Below, piece by piece: positions 35,729 to 48,853 of a DNA stretch of 64,000 bases. The notes under the pieces are model-generated. The model was not told the origin of the DNA. It did not search any database and saw nothing but the letters and a program-made list of their open reading frames with translations. This DNA comes from Blasia pusilla. Lineage: Eukaryota. The number at the start of each line of letters is the position of its first letter. Position 1 is the first letter of the stretch. The stretch spans positions 42,470,001-42,534,000 of the forward strand of contig CM114271.1 in assembly GCA_050084515.1 (NCBI GenBank), given 5' to 3'. The position numbers and the translations under genes are program-made.

Positions 35729-38700
35729 ATGGTGAGCGGCTCATCCTCTTGCCCGCTGCTTCCGGAACGCGCTTTGCTGCAGGGATCGCGCAAGTGGCTG
35801 CACTCGTCGCCGGTGCATGGCCCGAGCAGTTTCAGCCTCCCGGGTTTGGGAATTTGTCGACGCTACAGGCCCGTGACTTGTAGATTAAACGGGGAGGAAT
35901 TGGGCAGCGTGAAAGTGGGCAAAAAGTCGAAGCGGAAGGGTGTCGATGCTGCTGAGAGAAACCTGCACTCTTCTGAGATTGGTTTGGGCCCTTCCAATCG
36001 AGGTGTGTCCACCCAATCCGTAGCAGCTCCTGCTGAGGACATGGGGACCTTGAACGAGGATGAGATGGACGTGTCTGACGATGACGAGCTGAGGGCCTAC
36101 AGAGGTCTAGTTCTTGACGTGACTTACAGGTAGTCTCCACATATCAACGGGAGTCAGGCTTCAAGAGTGGACCAGGAGAAGCTGAAATGCATGCCCTGGA
36201 GCTTGATGAAATTGAACTCTGTTTCTGGAGTTGATGTCTGTCCGCACTTTTTGGTATTACTTGGAGAGAATCCCCATCAACACGTATAAGGAGGTTTTTT
36301 TTCTTCCTTATTAAGAAACCTGAGTGGTGTTGGTATGCACTCTTGGTGTTCCAGCATTTTCGAGACATGGAGCTGAGGGGCTTACACTGCTTTCTTTTTG
36401 TGTTGTTAGGCCTATCAACGTGGTGAACTGGAAGCGCGCGTTGTGTCTTGACATTCTTGAGAAGGTGGATGAATGCATTTTCTGCCTTGCTCTGTTTGTC
36501 GAAATACTTTGTGCCACTCACTACTCACGTGTTCCGTCAATTTTAGGATGACATGAAACTGTGCTCGTGTCATACAAACATCGTCCGTATTACAGAATCT
36601 AGCATAGTTTCGGTGGTTAGAGACTGTACTCCTTATAGGTTCTCACTTGGCTCCATTGCGGCTGCGCGTGGCCTACTTTTCATTGAGTCTTCTTAGTCCT
36701 CCTCTTGAATCTTCCTTTCAGGGTTTCTTCCCATCCCTTGGTTTACATCAGTGCTTTCCGCCTTTTCAGATTTTTTCCCTGACATATGAATGATCTCTTC
36801 TCTCGATCCACTCTTGTTTCATCTGTCTTTGGTATCCATGTGCTAGTTTGACTTTGTTGGAATGATTCTCAGCGGATTGTGCTCTGCATTTTGTTACAGG
36901 CTGACGTACTCGAGTACTACGATCAAGCTGTATACTCTCCAAACAGAGTATTCTTCATTCCAGCAGTTCTGAAAGTAAGCATGATTCATTTAAGTGTCTC
37001 TACCTGTGAAGTCATAAAGCACTACATAATAAATTTTGGCATTGATTGTACAGCTAATCAGGCTGGTTGATGTGCTCTTTTTGGGTATGATAGATTTATG
37101 TAATTCAGGGAATGATTTGAGGATCAATACACGTTTCATAAAGCAATATAAGAGTGCATGATATATAAGGTTCAGAAAAAAGACAAAACTGTCAGTCATC
37201 TACTGTAATATCCATCTATATAAAATTGTCCCCTCTGAAGCCTAAAATCACTAGGTTAGTTTAGTCTTCGAGCCTGCAATTCTAGTACTCAGAGTGGGAA
37301 GACGAAATCTTGTCAGTTGGAGAAGTGTGGCAAGCAGTTTTGCAATATGGATTGTGGTTATTCAGTTTTGTGCCCCACGGCTGACGCTCCTCATTTGTTG
37401 CTCAGGTGTGCAACTTTGTACATTCTCCCAAGCAAAAGATGGTGAGGCTTACCCTCAATCGAAACAACATCTTTCTAAGGGACAAGTTTAGATGCCAGTA
37501 AGTTTCTGCTATGTAGACATCTCTGTGACAAACGTGCTCAAACATGACATATCAAATCTTAGTTACGCACTTGCTTCATAGATGTTTTAGCATGACCCTC
37601 AAAAGAGATGAAGATTTCAATTAGGATTAATCTTGTCCCTTATTTTCTTGCTTTCCTGAGTTACAACTGAACCGCATATGCAGTTTTCAAAAAGTGTTCA
37701 GCTCAAAGAAATAATATGTGTGTCTTGTCTATCTATATATTGTTGCAGAGTGCCCCTTCAATTTTCAAACTCTTCTTCTTTTGACACCTGGCCTCAGCCA
37801 ATAAGATCGCTCGCTCTCTCTCCAAGCCAATAGGATTGCTCAAAATTGATTCAAGGGTGTTAAGTCCTTAAATCACATTTTTACCCGTGCATTGAACAAG
37901 CGTCCACCAGTGTGTGTGTGTATCGATTGCAACAAGACATTTGCTGACTTTGACTTCTGTCGAGCAGGTACTGCGGGGCCCGAGATAACCTCACCATTGA
38001 TCATGTCTATGCGGCTTCGAGAGGAGGTGGTTGGACGTGGGACAATCTCGTGAGCTCTCATTTCTGGTTGACTGCATGGATGTCTCAAAGTCCAGATTAT
38101 TTGTGTTTTGAGTGTCCGTTGAGATTCAAAATCATGTTGTTGGATTCTGATATGGAGCTCCTGCTGTGTTTGGAGCATCCTGGAGGCACAGAATATGTGA
38201 TCCATACTATATTCAGCCAGGAGCTTCGGCCTCTGGCAGATTATATAGTGTTAGTGCAGAGCTTTCACTCATACAGCAACCACCACTTTGCTATCAGCAA
38301 GGTAACCATGCTCGGATCGTCCTGGAGGTGCATAATATATGAGTCATTCTATACTCATCCTGCAGCTTAAGCCTATTGACAAGTTATATAGACTGTTAAT
38401 GCAGAGCTTTCATGCCTACAGCCACCAACTCTTTGCTTTCAGCAAGGTAGCCAACGAGAGACTGAAGCTAGTATACTAGCCCTTGACACAGTGCGAATGT
38501 GGAGAGTCCAGGTGTCTCAGCTCAAACTACCTTAACTGAGTTTCGATCCCAAGACACATTATGTACCAGGGCAGCAGTTTTAGCGTTTAGTTGAAGGTCT
38601 TTCAGAGAAATCAGGAAGATGAACTAGGTGGGAATGGAGATGGACAAGACCAAGTTTTTCTGTAGGGATCAAAGTGTAGGTTAAATTCTGGGCAAATCAA

Positions 38701-41128
38701 GTGAGATGAACTTCAAGAGCATGAAGACCGTCTGTGAGGGTTTTCCTTAGCTTCTGCCTTATTGCCAGCTCACCTTTGGTCTCCCAGTTCAATTTGTTTA
38801 GCATGAAGAGAGACTGCACTATACAGTTGTTCCTGTCGCAGCCTTGCGACCATAGAACCTGCGCCCTGGTTGATGGTGCTTGAAACTGGGATGGGTGCAG
38901 AGAGAGGAAGAAGTGAAGAAGGTACTATATGAGAGGAGGGAAACACTCTCATATAGTGTGAGTGCTGACCATACAACGTGTTGGTGTAGAGCTTTCAAGT
39001 GTCTAACCAGGAAGCTCTTCACCACACCATCCACTTTACCTGACTGGGATCCCTAATAGACATTACTTACCAGTGCAGCAGCTTTGGGCAGTGAATCTAG
39101 GCTACTGAATGTGTTGAACAATTCTGGTGTTACCAACTTAGCAATATCAGCATATGCGCTTGCTCTGTGTGTTATGAATTTTGTGCAGGAGACCAAGTAG
39201 CGACTAGAGGTTTCATCCCCATCATCACACAAGGTGCAAGAGTTTGGTTTTGTTCCCATCCTGCTTTTCTTGTGGTTCAAGGGGATTGCCCCCATCCTAA
39301 ATTTGAACTTATGCCGGGTTCCCAAACAAGGTGTTCCCTTCAAATAGTTCTTCAGTTCTGCCTGTTCAGGATATATCGTCAAGAGAGAGAGGTCAGACAT
39401 TTTCATGGCTTCCTCTGTGTTGTTCTGCTGTGAGCGTTTGCCCACTGCTTTGGTTATGGTATCCACAAATGGTTTCTTATCTTGCTCCCACACTTCAGGC
39501 CCTGCAGGGAGCTGGGTTGCTTGCACAATGTCTTAAACCTTTTTTGTCCAAGATTTGGCCTGCTTTACAGGCCTTCTTTCTCCATCACCTCTTTAGGATA
39601 GCAAAAGGAGTCCATTGCCTTCAACTGGCTCTGCCATTTCAACTTGGCAATGTCACGTCTATCCTCCAGGGGTTCCACTCCAAGTTCTGATCTCACACCA
39701 ACTCTGGCCGTTGGTTAGGTAGCTGACATCATACCCGAAACACACTTCAGCTCCACAGCTTGAAGCTTGTTCCTTTGTTTGGTGTTGGCATCCCACACTG
39801 TTGTGCCATATTCCAGTGAGTGACGAATGATATGCAGAATGACAGAGCGCTTTACTTCTGATGTGATGTGCCGGCAGTGTAGGAATCTCGACAGTCCATT
39901 GACCTTCTTGTGGCCTTGCTCAGTAGTCTTCTCAATGTGGGCATCCCACATGCAGTCTTCTGAGGGTGCATGTGGGATGCCCACATTGACCCTGAGCTGT
40001 TGTCCACGCAGAAGCCTAGTTCACTGTCCTCCATTTCCTCCAATAGGGAATCAAGAGAGACTGTACTGATTAAGTAGTGCCTGTCGTAGCCTTGCAACCA
40101 TAGACCTCGCACCCTGGTTGGACGGTTCTTGAGACTGGGATGGGTGTAGAGAGAGGAAGAAGTGAAGAAGGTATCATATGAGAGGAGGTAGACACTCTTA
40201 TATAGTGAGTGCTGACCATATAACGTGTTGGTGCGGAGCTTCCAAGTGTCTACCAACAAGCTTGTCACCACACCATCCACTTGAACTAATTGGGATCCCC
40301 AATAGATATTACTTACCAGTGAGAGTGCTCACACCTGATGTTATTGTTCAAATCGTGAATCCCTCCTTGTCCATGCTACAAAACAAGATCTGACTGATCT
40401 GAGTAAGTTTCATTGCTGAATCAGGTGACAGCATGTTCTAAGTGTAATTTGCATAAAGCAGATAAAACCGTGGAAGAAGCTCACATGAAACTAACCAGGC
40501 CCCCAATGGTAAGCTTTCAAACTCAGTCAGATCAACAGTTTCTCAAGTCTAGTTATGAAGGATGTGGAACACTGATACTGAAGCAACTGGCTGGTAGTCT
40601 CACTGAACTAGATGTGGTTTCCAAATAGAGAATTTTGTTAGCTTGTGAAATCAGTGAAAACATTTGTAACCTCTTTGTTGACTTAAAGACAAAAGGAACA
40701 TGAGCACAGTTGAGAGAGCTTGGAATGCAGAGGATTTTTTCTTTCTTCCTTTTCTGTGTACACAGGATCTATAATTTGAAAGTCCATTTATTGCCATATC
40801 TTTTGATGTAATTAGAGGATGAGTGCTCATTTGAAGTATCAAGATCCCAGATCAACTTAAAATGCAAGCGTGTGTTGTATTGTGGAACTTGTTTATTTCT
40901 CTGTGGGTGGTGAGGTGGGGACACTTGGGTTTGGGTTTTAGGTTTCATTGTCCTGTTAGTGAGCAATCTGTCTGATTAAGACAGGATGGTTGTTTGCAGG
41001 AACCGCAAGCAATGAACAGCGTGAACCTGCCACCAAACTATAAAACCTATAGATCTTTGACACGCAACAATGGGACACCAGTACAATGGCTGGATTACCT
41101 CCCAACTGGTCACCCAAAGTTTCAGTGA
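35729..41128 (+). CDS. HNH endonuclease-domain protein (plant At2g23840-like family, probably plastid-targeted), ~305 aa; exons 35729-36129, 36410-36464, 36900-36974, 37406-37497, 37968-38049, 40425-40508, 41000-41128
   Basis: All introns GT-AG and frame-consistent. Spliced protein has GLVLDVTYRPINVVNWKRALCL...NIFLRDKFRCQYCG...LTIDHV...GGGWTWDNLVTACSKCN (HNH with two CxxC). Ser/Arg-rich N-terminus resembles a transit peptide. Start codon is the least certain element. Confidence 0.9.
38808..40325 (-). mobile_element. 5'-truncated LINE fragments (ORF2 thumb, C-terminal zinc knuckle and 3' UTR; second 3' end at ~40053) in intron 5 of the HNH gene, antisense
   Basis: WDAHIEK...IIRHSLEYGTTVWD (RT thumb motif); KFRMGAIPLN...CTLCDDGDETSSRYLVSC (C-terminal CCHC-like); repeated 3' terminus ending in a (TC)-rich tail. 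Confidence 0.82.
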
Positions 41129-43443
41129 CTCTTAGTTCCCGCCATGTGGTTTCATTAGACCAGGGCATCTCTTTTCACTGACTGCACATGGACTTCCTGC
41201 TAAATCACTTAGCTGGTTGCCTACCTTTTTTCTGACAGCAATGGCTGCTGTTCAAACTTTAATTGTACATACTGTTGGCCTCACTAAGAATGTAAATTGC
41301 GCTGGGCACCTGGACGTTTGTTTGCAGTCACTCATGTAGTTGTATGCTAATTTGTCTGTTTGACTGATGTCCCCTTCGGTGTACTTGTTTCTCAATTAGA
41401 AACGATTAAATAAGTAGGAAAGATTCATATTAACGGATGGAGCACAAGAGGATTTAGTTGAAAATAAAATGCATGTTTGTCAAACAATTACTGAAGATGT
41501 GTATTGTGACTGACAGTTTGAAAAGCATAGTTAGGTGGGTATATTGTGAACATGCTGGAGTTTCGAAGGTGTCTGGTTGTTGGTTTTCAGTGGAGGATGT
41601 CACGAGGGGATGTTACTGACGTTCTTCAGGAGTGGAAGGGTGCTAAGAATTCTACGGGGATTAAACTTACAGAAGATTCCACCGCGAATGGAATGATTTT
41701 GTACAGAATGGGAAAAGAGATGGACCGTCACATAGCTTGGTAGCAGCAACATTACCGAAGAGTAATGAAGAGACTTTGCCAGAATCCGGAGATTGCTCTG
41801 TAGATTGAGACCAACTCACACGTAGTGATGCGATTTCATGGGAAGAAATTCTACCCAAAATTAAATGAAATAACAAAAGAGATAATCGCCATTAACTATT
41901 ATGTTCTTTTCGTTTACTACCATCAACCATCTTCTAACTGTGTTTGCCCGAGTAATATAAACACTACACTCTATATCATGACACTTCCAAATTTCTCTTC
42001 CTGTCCTGTGCTCATTACCACAACCCTTCGTGCTCCCGGCAGCAAAATATCGCGCTTCTTACAGATCGCCAAACGACAGATGAAATGGGCGGGCGGCTAG
42101 GATTTTCTAGCAAACAGCCACTCTATCCGGGGTTCCTTACGATTATTTTGCATCCTCAATCGGGGACAATTGCACCGCAGACGGCCTCCACCGTCTCATC
42201 CGCCAGACACCAAGGACAAACACTTAAAAGTTAAAAGTAGCTGGAAACAAACGTAGAGAATGGTTTCAAGATAAGATCCGCTAGGGAATACGCTTTGAGG
42301 AAACGACTGGGAAATTCCATCATGAATCCTTATGCCGTCATACAAGATCTAGCACAGGGTGAGTTACGCAAATTACCAGCACGGTGCGAATTTCCCACAA
42401 GGCGGCTAGCCCGCGGATTTGAACGAGGCAACTACCAGAACCAGAACATATATGCTGACATATGGCCACAGCACAGGAAACTACGAGAGTATTCAAAAGA
42501 TGTACAATCACACTTTAAAAGATGTCCAACTTGAGAGTTCGAAGTGTAAATGAGACCGGATCGCCAGCAGTAGGATAAGAAAAAGCCACGTTCCCACGTT
42601 CCCACGTCCCCGCATACCGTTGTCCTTCGCTGCAGAGTGTGAACGACAGGAACTGTCAGCAGACCGTCGCCCTCTACCTGCTACCGCCATATGGAGCAGA
42701 CATGGACCATCTCAGCCTAAAGCTTTGAGTAGCCCTGCCGATCAGGTGTCGACTCTTCCGAATACTACAGTGCACATGTCCAACATTTCAGAGGCACTTA
42801 GGCAAGAAAGCATATTCCGATACAGTCAGTTCTGGCATTCAACCCTCAATCGAGCAATGTCCTGCTGCCAATCGCCATTCTGACAAAACTTAAGGCCATC
42901 ATGTACTTGGCCCAGCATTTTCAGCACATTCCAAAGTGGATTTCGCCTATACTTTTGCAAGTCCACTAATTACAACACTCCGCCTTTGCAAGGTCTGTAA
43001 CTACGACATTGGGGCTGCCACATAATGTCTGTCTATCGTAAGGGCTACGATAGGAGCTACTTAATCCAGGCATCCAAGTGCGCAGCCCTATTCGGGACAA
43101 GGTTTATGGTTGCAAACCTGCATCGTGAGTGAACTACCTGCCTACCTTCATGCAGTTCTTTCTCCTTTCCCTCTTTCTTGCACCCACGTACTATACCCAT
43201 CCGACCAGATCAAGGGTTCTCGATTCTGCCAAGCTAAGACGTGCATTACTGAAGTGCTTGATGAGTAGTGTCCATGAGGCAGCTCCTGACACAGTGAAGC
43301 CATATCCTTCACTTTTTCCTACAAAAGTGGTATTTACAAAGCCGGAAACTTCAGTTCAAAACCCCCAGGATCTATGTTCGTATCCTCAACATGTTAGATC
43401 CTTCCCGAGTGCAAGACTTTGGACAAATTCGAAATTTGGAGTT

Positions 43444-46400
43444 TCAGCTTGGGCCAGCTATCCTCCTCTTTTTCACTGGCTTCTTATACTTCTCAACCAG
43501 TGAAACAAAGTGTTGGATAACCTCTGCCAAAGATGCTTCCTTGTTCGTCTGGAAGTTCCATGGCAGATGGACAATATAGCGACCACTGGCATTGTGCGAT
43601 TCGATCTCCTGGAGGGCAGTTACTACAGTTTGTAATACCTCTGGGCCCAGCTCCAGCTTCAACTGAAAAAGGTCCTCGTCATTTTCATCAACCTTCCGCT
43701 GTTATCATCAAACACCACATAGGACACACTTGTCAGGTCACACCCTACAACATTCATTTCAGATCCAAGTGATCTCCAGGATGCATTCACCAGTACAGAA
43801 TCAAAATCTAACTTGTCACATGCCGAAAAGGAAACAAGACAAAGACAATACCTCCCACTTGTCATCCTCTATCCTTCCCACTGGCACCGTCTTGAAAGGG
43901 CTGAAGTTTGGGTCCATCAGCTTTCCCTCCCAAAAACTTAATTTCGTTTTGAAAATCACCTCCCATCCATCTGTATGCTGTTCGTAGACTCTTTTGCAAG
44001 CATTCGCCCAAGGTGCTTGATCAATTTCACCCATTTTCTTAACAGAGATACTGTCTTTAGCTCCATGCTTGACCAGTGCCTGAAGGACAATCACGACTTA
44101 GAAGACTGATGGAGGGAAAAAAAGTCCACAGCTTTTCTCTTTGACCTTAATTCAACAAAAGCTAGAGGCTTGACTAGACCTCACCTTAACAGCAACCTTC
44201 TTTGCATTTTCAATCTCATCCACTGATGTCCTTTGAATCGTGGTCAAAACATTCAGCTGCTTCTCAAAGAATTCTTGTGTTTCTTTGACATTCTCTAACT
44301 CCTCCTTGTATTCTTCATTCTCCTTTTTGACAGACTCCATCTTGCCCTCCATTTCCTTGGCCTGGTTCCACATCTCCTCGATGGTAAAAGTTTCAGTAAG
44401 TTGCGTGAACTTTTCGGCATCTTTTCTCTCTCCCAATCGTTGATCCTGGAGCTCGCTCTCCTGTTTGAGAGCTAAGCGGAGATTCAGAGTTTGTATGTAA
44501 TTTGCCAGCTTCTCACTTTCTTCCTGCACCCAAAAAAAAAAAACTCAGTGTAGAGCAGCAAAAAGAAATGCCAAGGTGCAAGGAATCTAGCAGTTTTTCA
44601 ATGATCAGCGACTGCCCATGCGGGGGAGCCTTGCATCAATCCGAATCTTCTGACTTAATCTACCCTTCAATCCATGAGGAGGCATGTGGATTTAGAAGAG
44701 ACCACTACTGTCACTTCTCTCGATACAATGAAAATTCTACCTCTTGTGTAGTGAAAATTCTACCTCCTGATCAATCGGAACCATCCGCTTATTCACAAGA
44801 TATCGGATGAGCATGTGCTATACTCTTTCCAAACCAGCTGGTCTACGACCATTTGAAGAGGATAATCAATCCAAGGAAGAGTTTAACCTGGTGCTTTTTT
44901 CTGAGCTTCATTTGAGTGGCGTGGTGTCTTTTCTGCAAGTCCGACTGCTGCTGAACAATATCTAATTGCAATCGATTCTGTAGATTCAACAGAGATTTAT
45001 CGTTACTGTATTAACATAAACAGGAGGCCAAACGTACACTCCAAGGCATCAGAAGGGTATGCTGCAACCTCATTGTTGCCCGATAGAGAGGTGAGAAAGA
45101 AGCAGCTGGGCCTTATCTCACAGAGCGTGCAAAGGTCAGAGAGCGTTTTAATGCTGGAAACCTACAGTCATTTTCTCCTGTTCCAACCGAGTTCTGTCCA
45201 CTTCGCTTTGCATCAACTTTTCTCTCGTCTCGAGCTCCTTGCAACGCCGTTGGAGTGAGTCCATAGTTGCCTGCAACCTTTCGTTGTTTGCCTCCATACT
45301 CTTCTTGTGGTCTTCCGCGAATTTCTGAGCTTTCAATCGCACATCCTCTAATTCTGCAACAGGTAAACAAACATTTTGACATTTCAACTTTCACATCCTC
45401 TAATTCCGCAACGGGTACAAAAACCTCCGTATGAATCGATGCTGGCATGCGGGTGAGCGTCGTTAAGCTGCACGAATATAACATCAGGTCCTCGAGTTTT
45501 GGGCCCAAGAGCGAGATCCCGTGAGTGATAAAGACAACTCTCCGATTGAGCCGAGATCTCAAGGGTGAAAGCTCTACCTTTTCTGTGCTTCTCCTCCAAC
45601 TGACGCTTATACTCGTCTGACTTTCTCCTTTCAATCTCGACCTCGAGCAGCAGATTCTGAAATTCGTCGGTTTTCCTGCTGACAGTCTCCGCAAGGTTGT
45701 TCAAGCGCTGATCCTGCATTTTCTTAATTTCATCGCCGATCATTCCTACGTGCTTGAGATCCCCCAAATCCGTCAGGTACTTGGACACATAAAAGTCGTC
45801 CTTGATTTCCCTCCGGCCCTCGCGATCCTCTCGGCGAGCGAGCCATCCGTAAAGCTCGGACCCGGGATTCGATCGCCTTCTCTCCCAATCTCTCCGGCCA
45901 TGACCTCGCTCTACGAACCACTTCTCAAATGCTTGCGCATCGTTCAGGGCCTCCAGAGTTCTACCGAAGGTGATGACCGCCAAACCGGTGTGCCCCATGG
46001 GACTCCAGAACACCTTCGCAGACTCAGGATTGAAGACATGGAAATGCTTCTTGATTTCGGCCTGTCCGGGACCAACCCTTCGCCCATCGTCTCCCCGTTT
46101 GCTATTATCCACATTATAAATTAATCCTGCCCATGGACAGACAAGGAAATCTTCTTTCCCATTTCTCTGAGGAGCTGACATTTCCAACTTGTGAATTCGC
46201 TCTGCCGGGGGAGTGGCGAGAGACTCAAGATCTGTCTTCAAGAACTTGGCCAGCGCACTGTGCTTGCCCCCGGCTTCAGGTCCCCTCTTTCCTTTCGCAA
46301 CTCCCTCCGCATGTTGCAGAAGGTCTCTGTATGGGTAGGCCTGCTTCTTCCGACTGGGACTGAACGGGCATCGCAAAGTCCCATCGGCATTCTTCACAAC

Positions 46401-46484
46401 TAGCTCTCCGTCTCTCAGAGACTTCAGAGCCTCCTCCTCGAAAGACGCCGCGTCGTCATCTGAATACTCGTCTATCTCATCCAT
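43444..46484 (-). CDS. FDM: IDN2/FDM-family dsRNA-binding RdDM factor (zf-XS, XS, coiled-coil, XH), ~668 aa; exons 46484-45578, 45353-45166, 44977-44888, 44523-44185, 44079-43852, 43698-43444
   Basis: zf-XS LRCPFSP...YRDLLQHAEG...HSALAKFL; XS VCPWAGLIYN...GHTGLAVITF...FEKWF...GRRDW...LYGWLAR; XH IS VKKMGEID...W...DPNFSPFK...ALQEIESHNASGRYIVHLPWNF. All GT-AG and frame-consistent. The XH domain separates it from SGS3; the paralog cannot be assigned. Confidence 0.93.
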
Positions 46485-47899
46485 TCTAACACTCTTCTAT
46501 CGTTCACTTCGACCTTCGCCTTCTATCCGCAAGACTCTCGGCTCCGAATCGAAGCCGCTTACAATGCCCTTGGGATGACGGTCAGCAATTCTGTCGCAGA
46601 AACAGCGGGAGGACGTTAGCACCGTCGATTTCAACACCTCAGCGAAATGAAGGGGGAGGCTGCATTCAACAAATCCTCAGTTCTCTGGCACCTGTGAATT
46701 CCATAGCAATGTGTGAATAGGAGTCGACAAATGGTCAAACACTTATAATAGATGTAGAACGAGACTATAATTGGAAAAGAATATTGTCAGCTGATCACCC
46801 AGTGCTCCTCCTCTGCGCTTCCGAACAAGAAACTGCGAGACCGAACTCGAACAGACCCAAACCCATTGAAATCAAACTCGAAAGCTCGTAGCCCAAATCC
46901 TACCTTCCCTGTCGAGTCGTCGCACATCGAAAGGAGGTTACGACAGCAGTCAGCAATCCACCTTCAATAACGGGGAGACGCCAAATTGGCTCCTGGAAGC
47001 CTATAGAGAACACCCAGCCCGTCATTAACCGTTCCTCAGCGCACCAATTCACAGGGAAGCGCAGCAAACCAAACACGATTCTCTCTATATCGTGTAATTT
47101 CACAAAAGAGAAGCAAAGCAGACTTTATAAAGAGAGCAAAAGAAAAACAAGCTACAAAAGCGACCACCTCACCACCTTTCGGCCTCCAATCTGAAACCCC
47201 ACAGGCAGACCTCAGTATGGCAGCAAAAGGCGTCCAATCGCAGGAAACGACAACTTTCTCGTCGCACGAGCACGAGCGGAACGACAGACGACTCTCGGCA
47301 CTGGCACTGCAGAGCCGAAGAGGAGCTTTACCCAAATCTTCGCAAATCTCGAAGGGACGGAAGAGACGAATGGGACGGGCGACCGGGCGAGAGAGATGGA
47401 CGGAGGAGTGGGTCGTTATGATTATGACACATTAATGAATTGAGAGCGGGCAGCCTTGCGGTAGCGTTCCTTAGCCGGGCAGTCATGCCATGCCATGGGA
47501 CGGGTTTCGATCAATGGCCGGGGACAACCGGGGATAAGTGTCATAGCCGGTTAAAATCAAGAATTCCCGCTCATCCTTCCTAAGCGCCGGTAAAAAGTAG
47601 TCTCTTTGTATTTGATGTCAACTAGCCGGCCAGAACTGAGAAAACTTCTGGAATCATCGTCTTGCCGGTAGGAATACCGGGAAAGTGCCGGTTCCAGGGA
47701 AAAGCTCTCCGGGCGTAAGTTTGGATAAGATTAGTACGCCGTTGCAGACCGTCCAACGTGAAGAACTTTTATGTCATGTCTCAATGAGGCTAAGCAGCTA
47801 CATCATATCATACTCGGAGCATGGCTAATAGGCTCCGAGTGAACGCCACGTGTGAAAGTGACGGTTTAATTTAACTAAGCTAACATTTGAATAGAAACG

Positions 47900-48853
47900 A
47901 GGTATTCAAATAATTTTTACTTTTGTTTTAGATGAATTTAAATAAAAAATCGAATCTCAAATTCTTTTTACCTCTTTTTCAATATCAGTTTAATTTTCAT
48001 TTTTAAAAATAAATTCTTATTTCAATATGTAAGAAAAAAATCATAAATTTTAATTTTAAATTAATTTTGGAAAGGAAATTAATTTAGAAGAATGTTATTT
48101 AATCTCTTTTTCAAGCTTCAATTTTGAGGGATTTTTTAAGAATATTTTGAGATAAACTTTGGATCACAATGAGTGAATTTTTTTACTAATTGAGAAAATT
48201 TTAAGACCTTATCAAATTTATCCATGAATTCTAGAATTTTTAAATTTTCACCCTAAAAAGAATGGGTAAAGTTTTATTAATAATGAATTAATTATAATTA
48301 ACTCAAATTCAAACATCTTCCATGATGAAATCTTTTAGAGTCTTTCGGTCTTTTTAATCTTTCCTCATTTGAAAATTTAAAATTATTTTCTTAAGGTTCA
48401 TGTAAACGAAATTGAAAGTTTAGTTTTGAGCGGAAATTAATTTTTCTTTTGGGAAAAATGAAAAGGATAATAGGAAACTGATGGGAAAAGAATTATTCTT
48501 CAAAATAAAGGAAGAAATATAATTTCTCTATTATTTCCAAGTTAGATTGGGGGAAAATTTAATCCCTCTTTTAAGTGATTTTCTTTTATTTATTGAAAGA
48601 CAGGGATTGGAAAGGGGATAAATTAAATTTTCAAAATTAATAAAGGAAAATATATGAAAAATTGTCTTGAGCCAAGTTAGATGTATTATAAAAAAAATTG
48701 ATCTATCTTATCTTTTTTCATTTTTTTTTAATTAAACTTTATTCATCGTGTGTCCTCTAATTTCACATTATCATCCTCCATATGCGAGTTTTTTCATTCC
48801 CAATCATCTCACCCCGAGTCACCCAGTGCATCGCACGAGCAAAATATTACTAG
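47900..48853 (+). mobile_element. Non-autonomous Helitron (3' end), same family as 9827-10450
   Basis: Ends ...CCCAGTGCATCGCACGAGCAAAATATTACTAG|T; very AT-rich body; 5' end approximate. Confidence 0.75.

Noticed and set aside
42295-43400. Short ORFs between the HNH and FDM genes
   Set aside because: No recognisable motifs; likely 3' UTR or intergenic sequence of the convergent genes.
28660-46484. A functional 'methylation cluster' linking the TE-borne DNMT, the HNH nuclease and the FDM gene, like a restriction-modification system
   Set aside because: The HNH and FDM genes are ordinary intron-containing host genes and the DNMT is inside a decayed retrotransposon; proximity alone gives no evidence of linkage.
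47460-47720. CCGG-rich segment resembling a hAT right end (AAAAGCTCTCCGGGCG)
   Set aside because: Only partial TIR similarity, with no partner end or TSD; it may simply be FDM promoter sequence.
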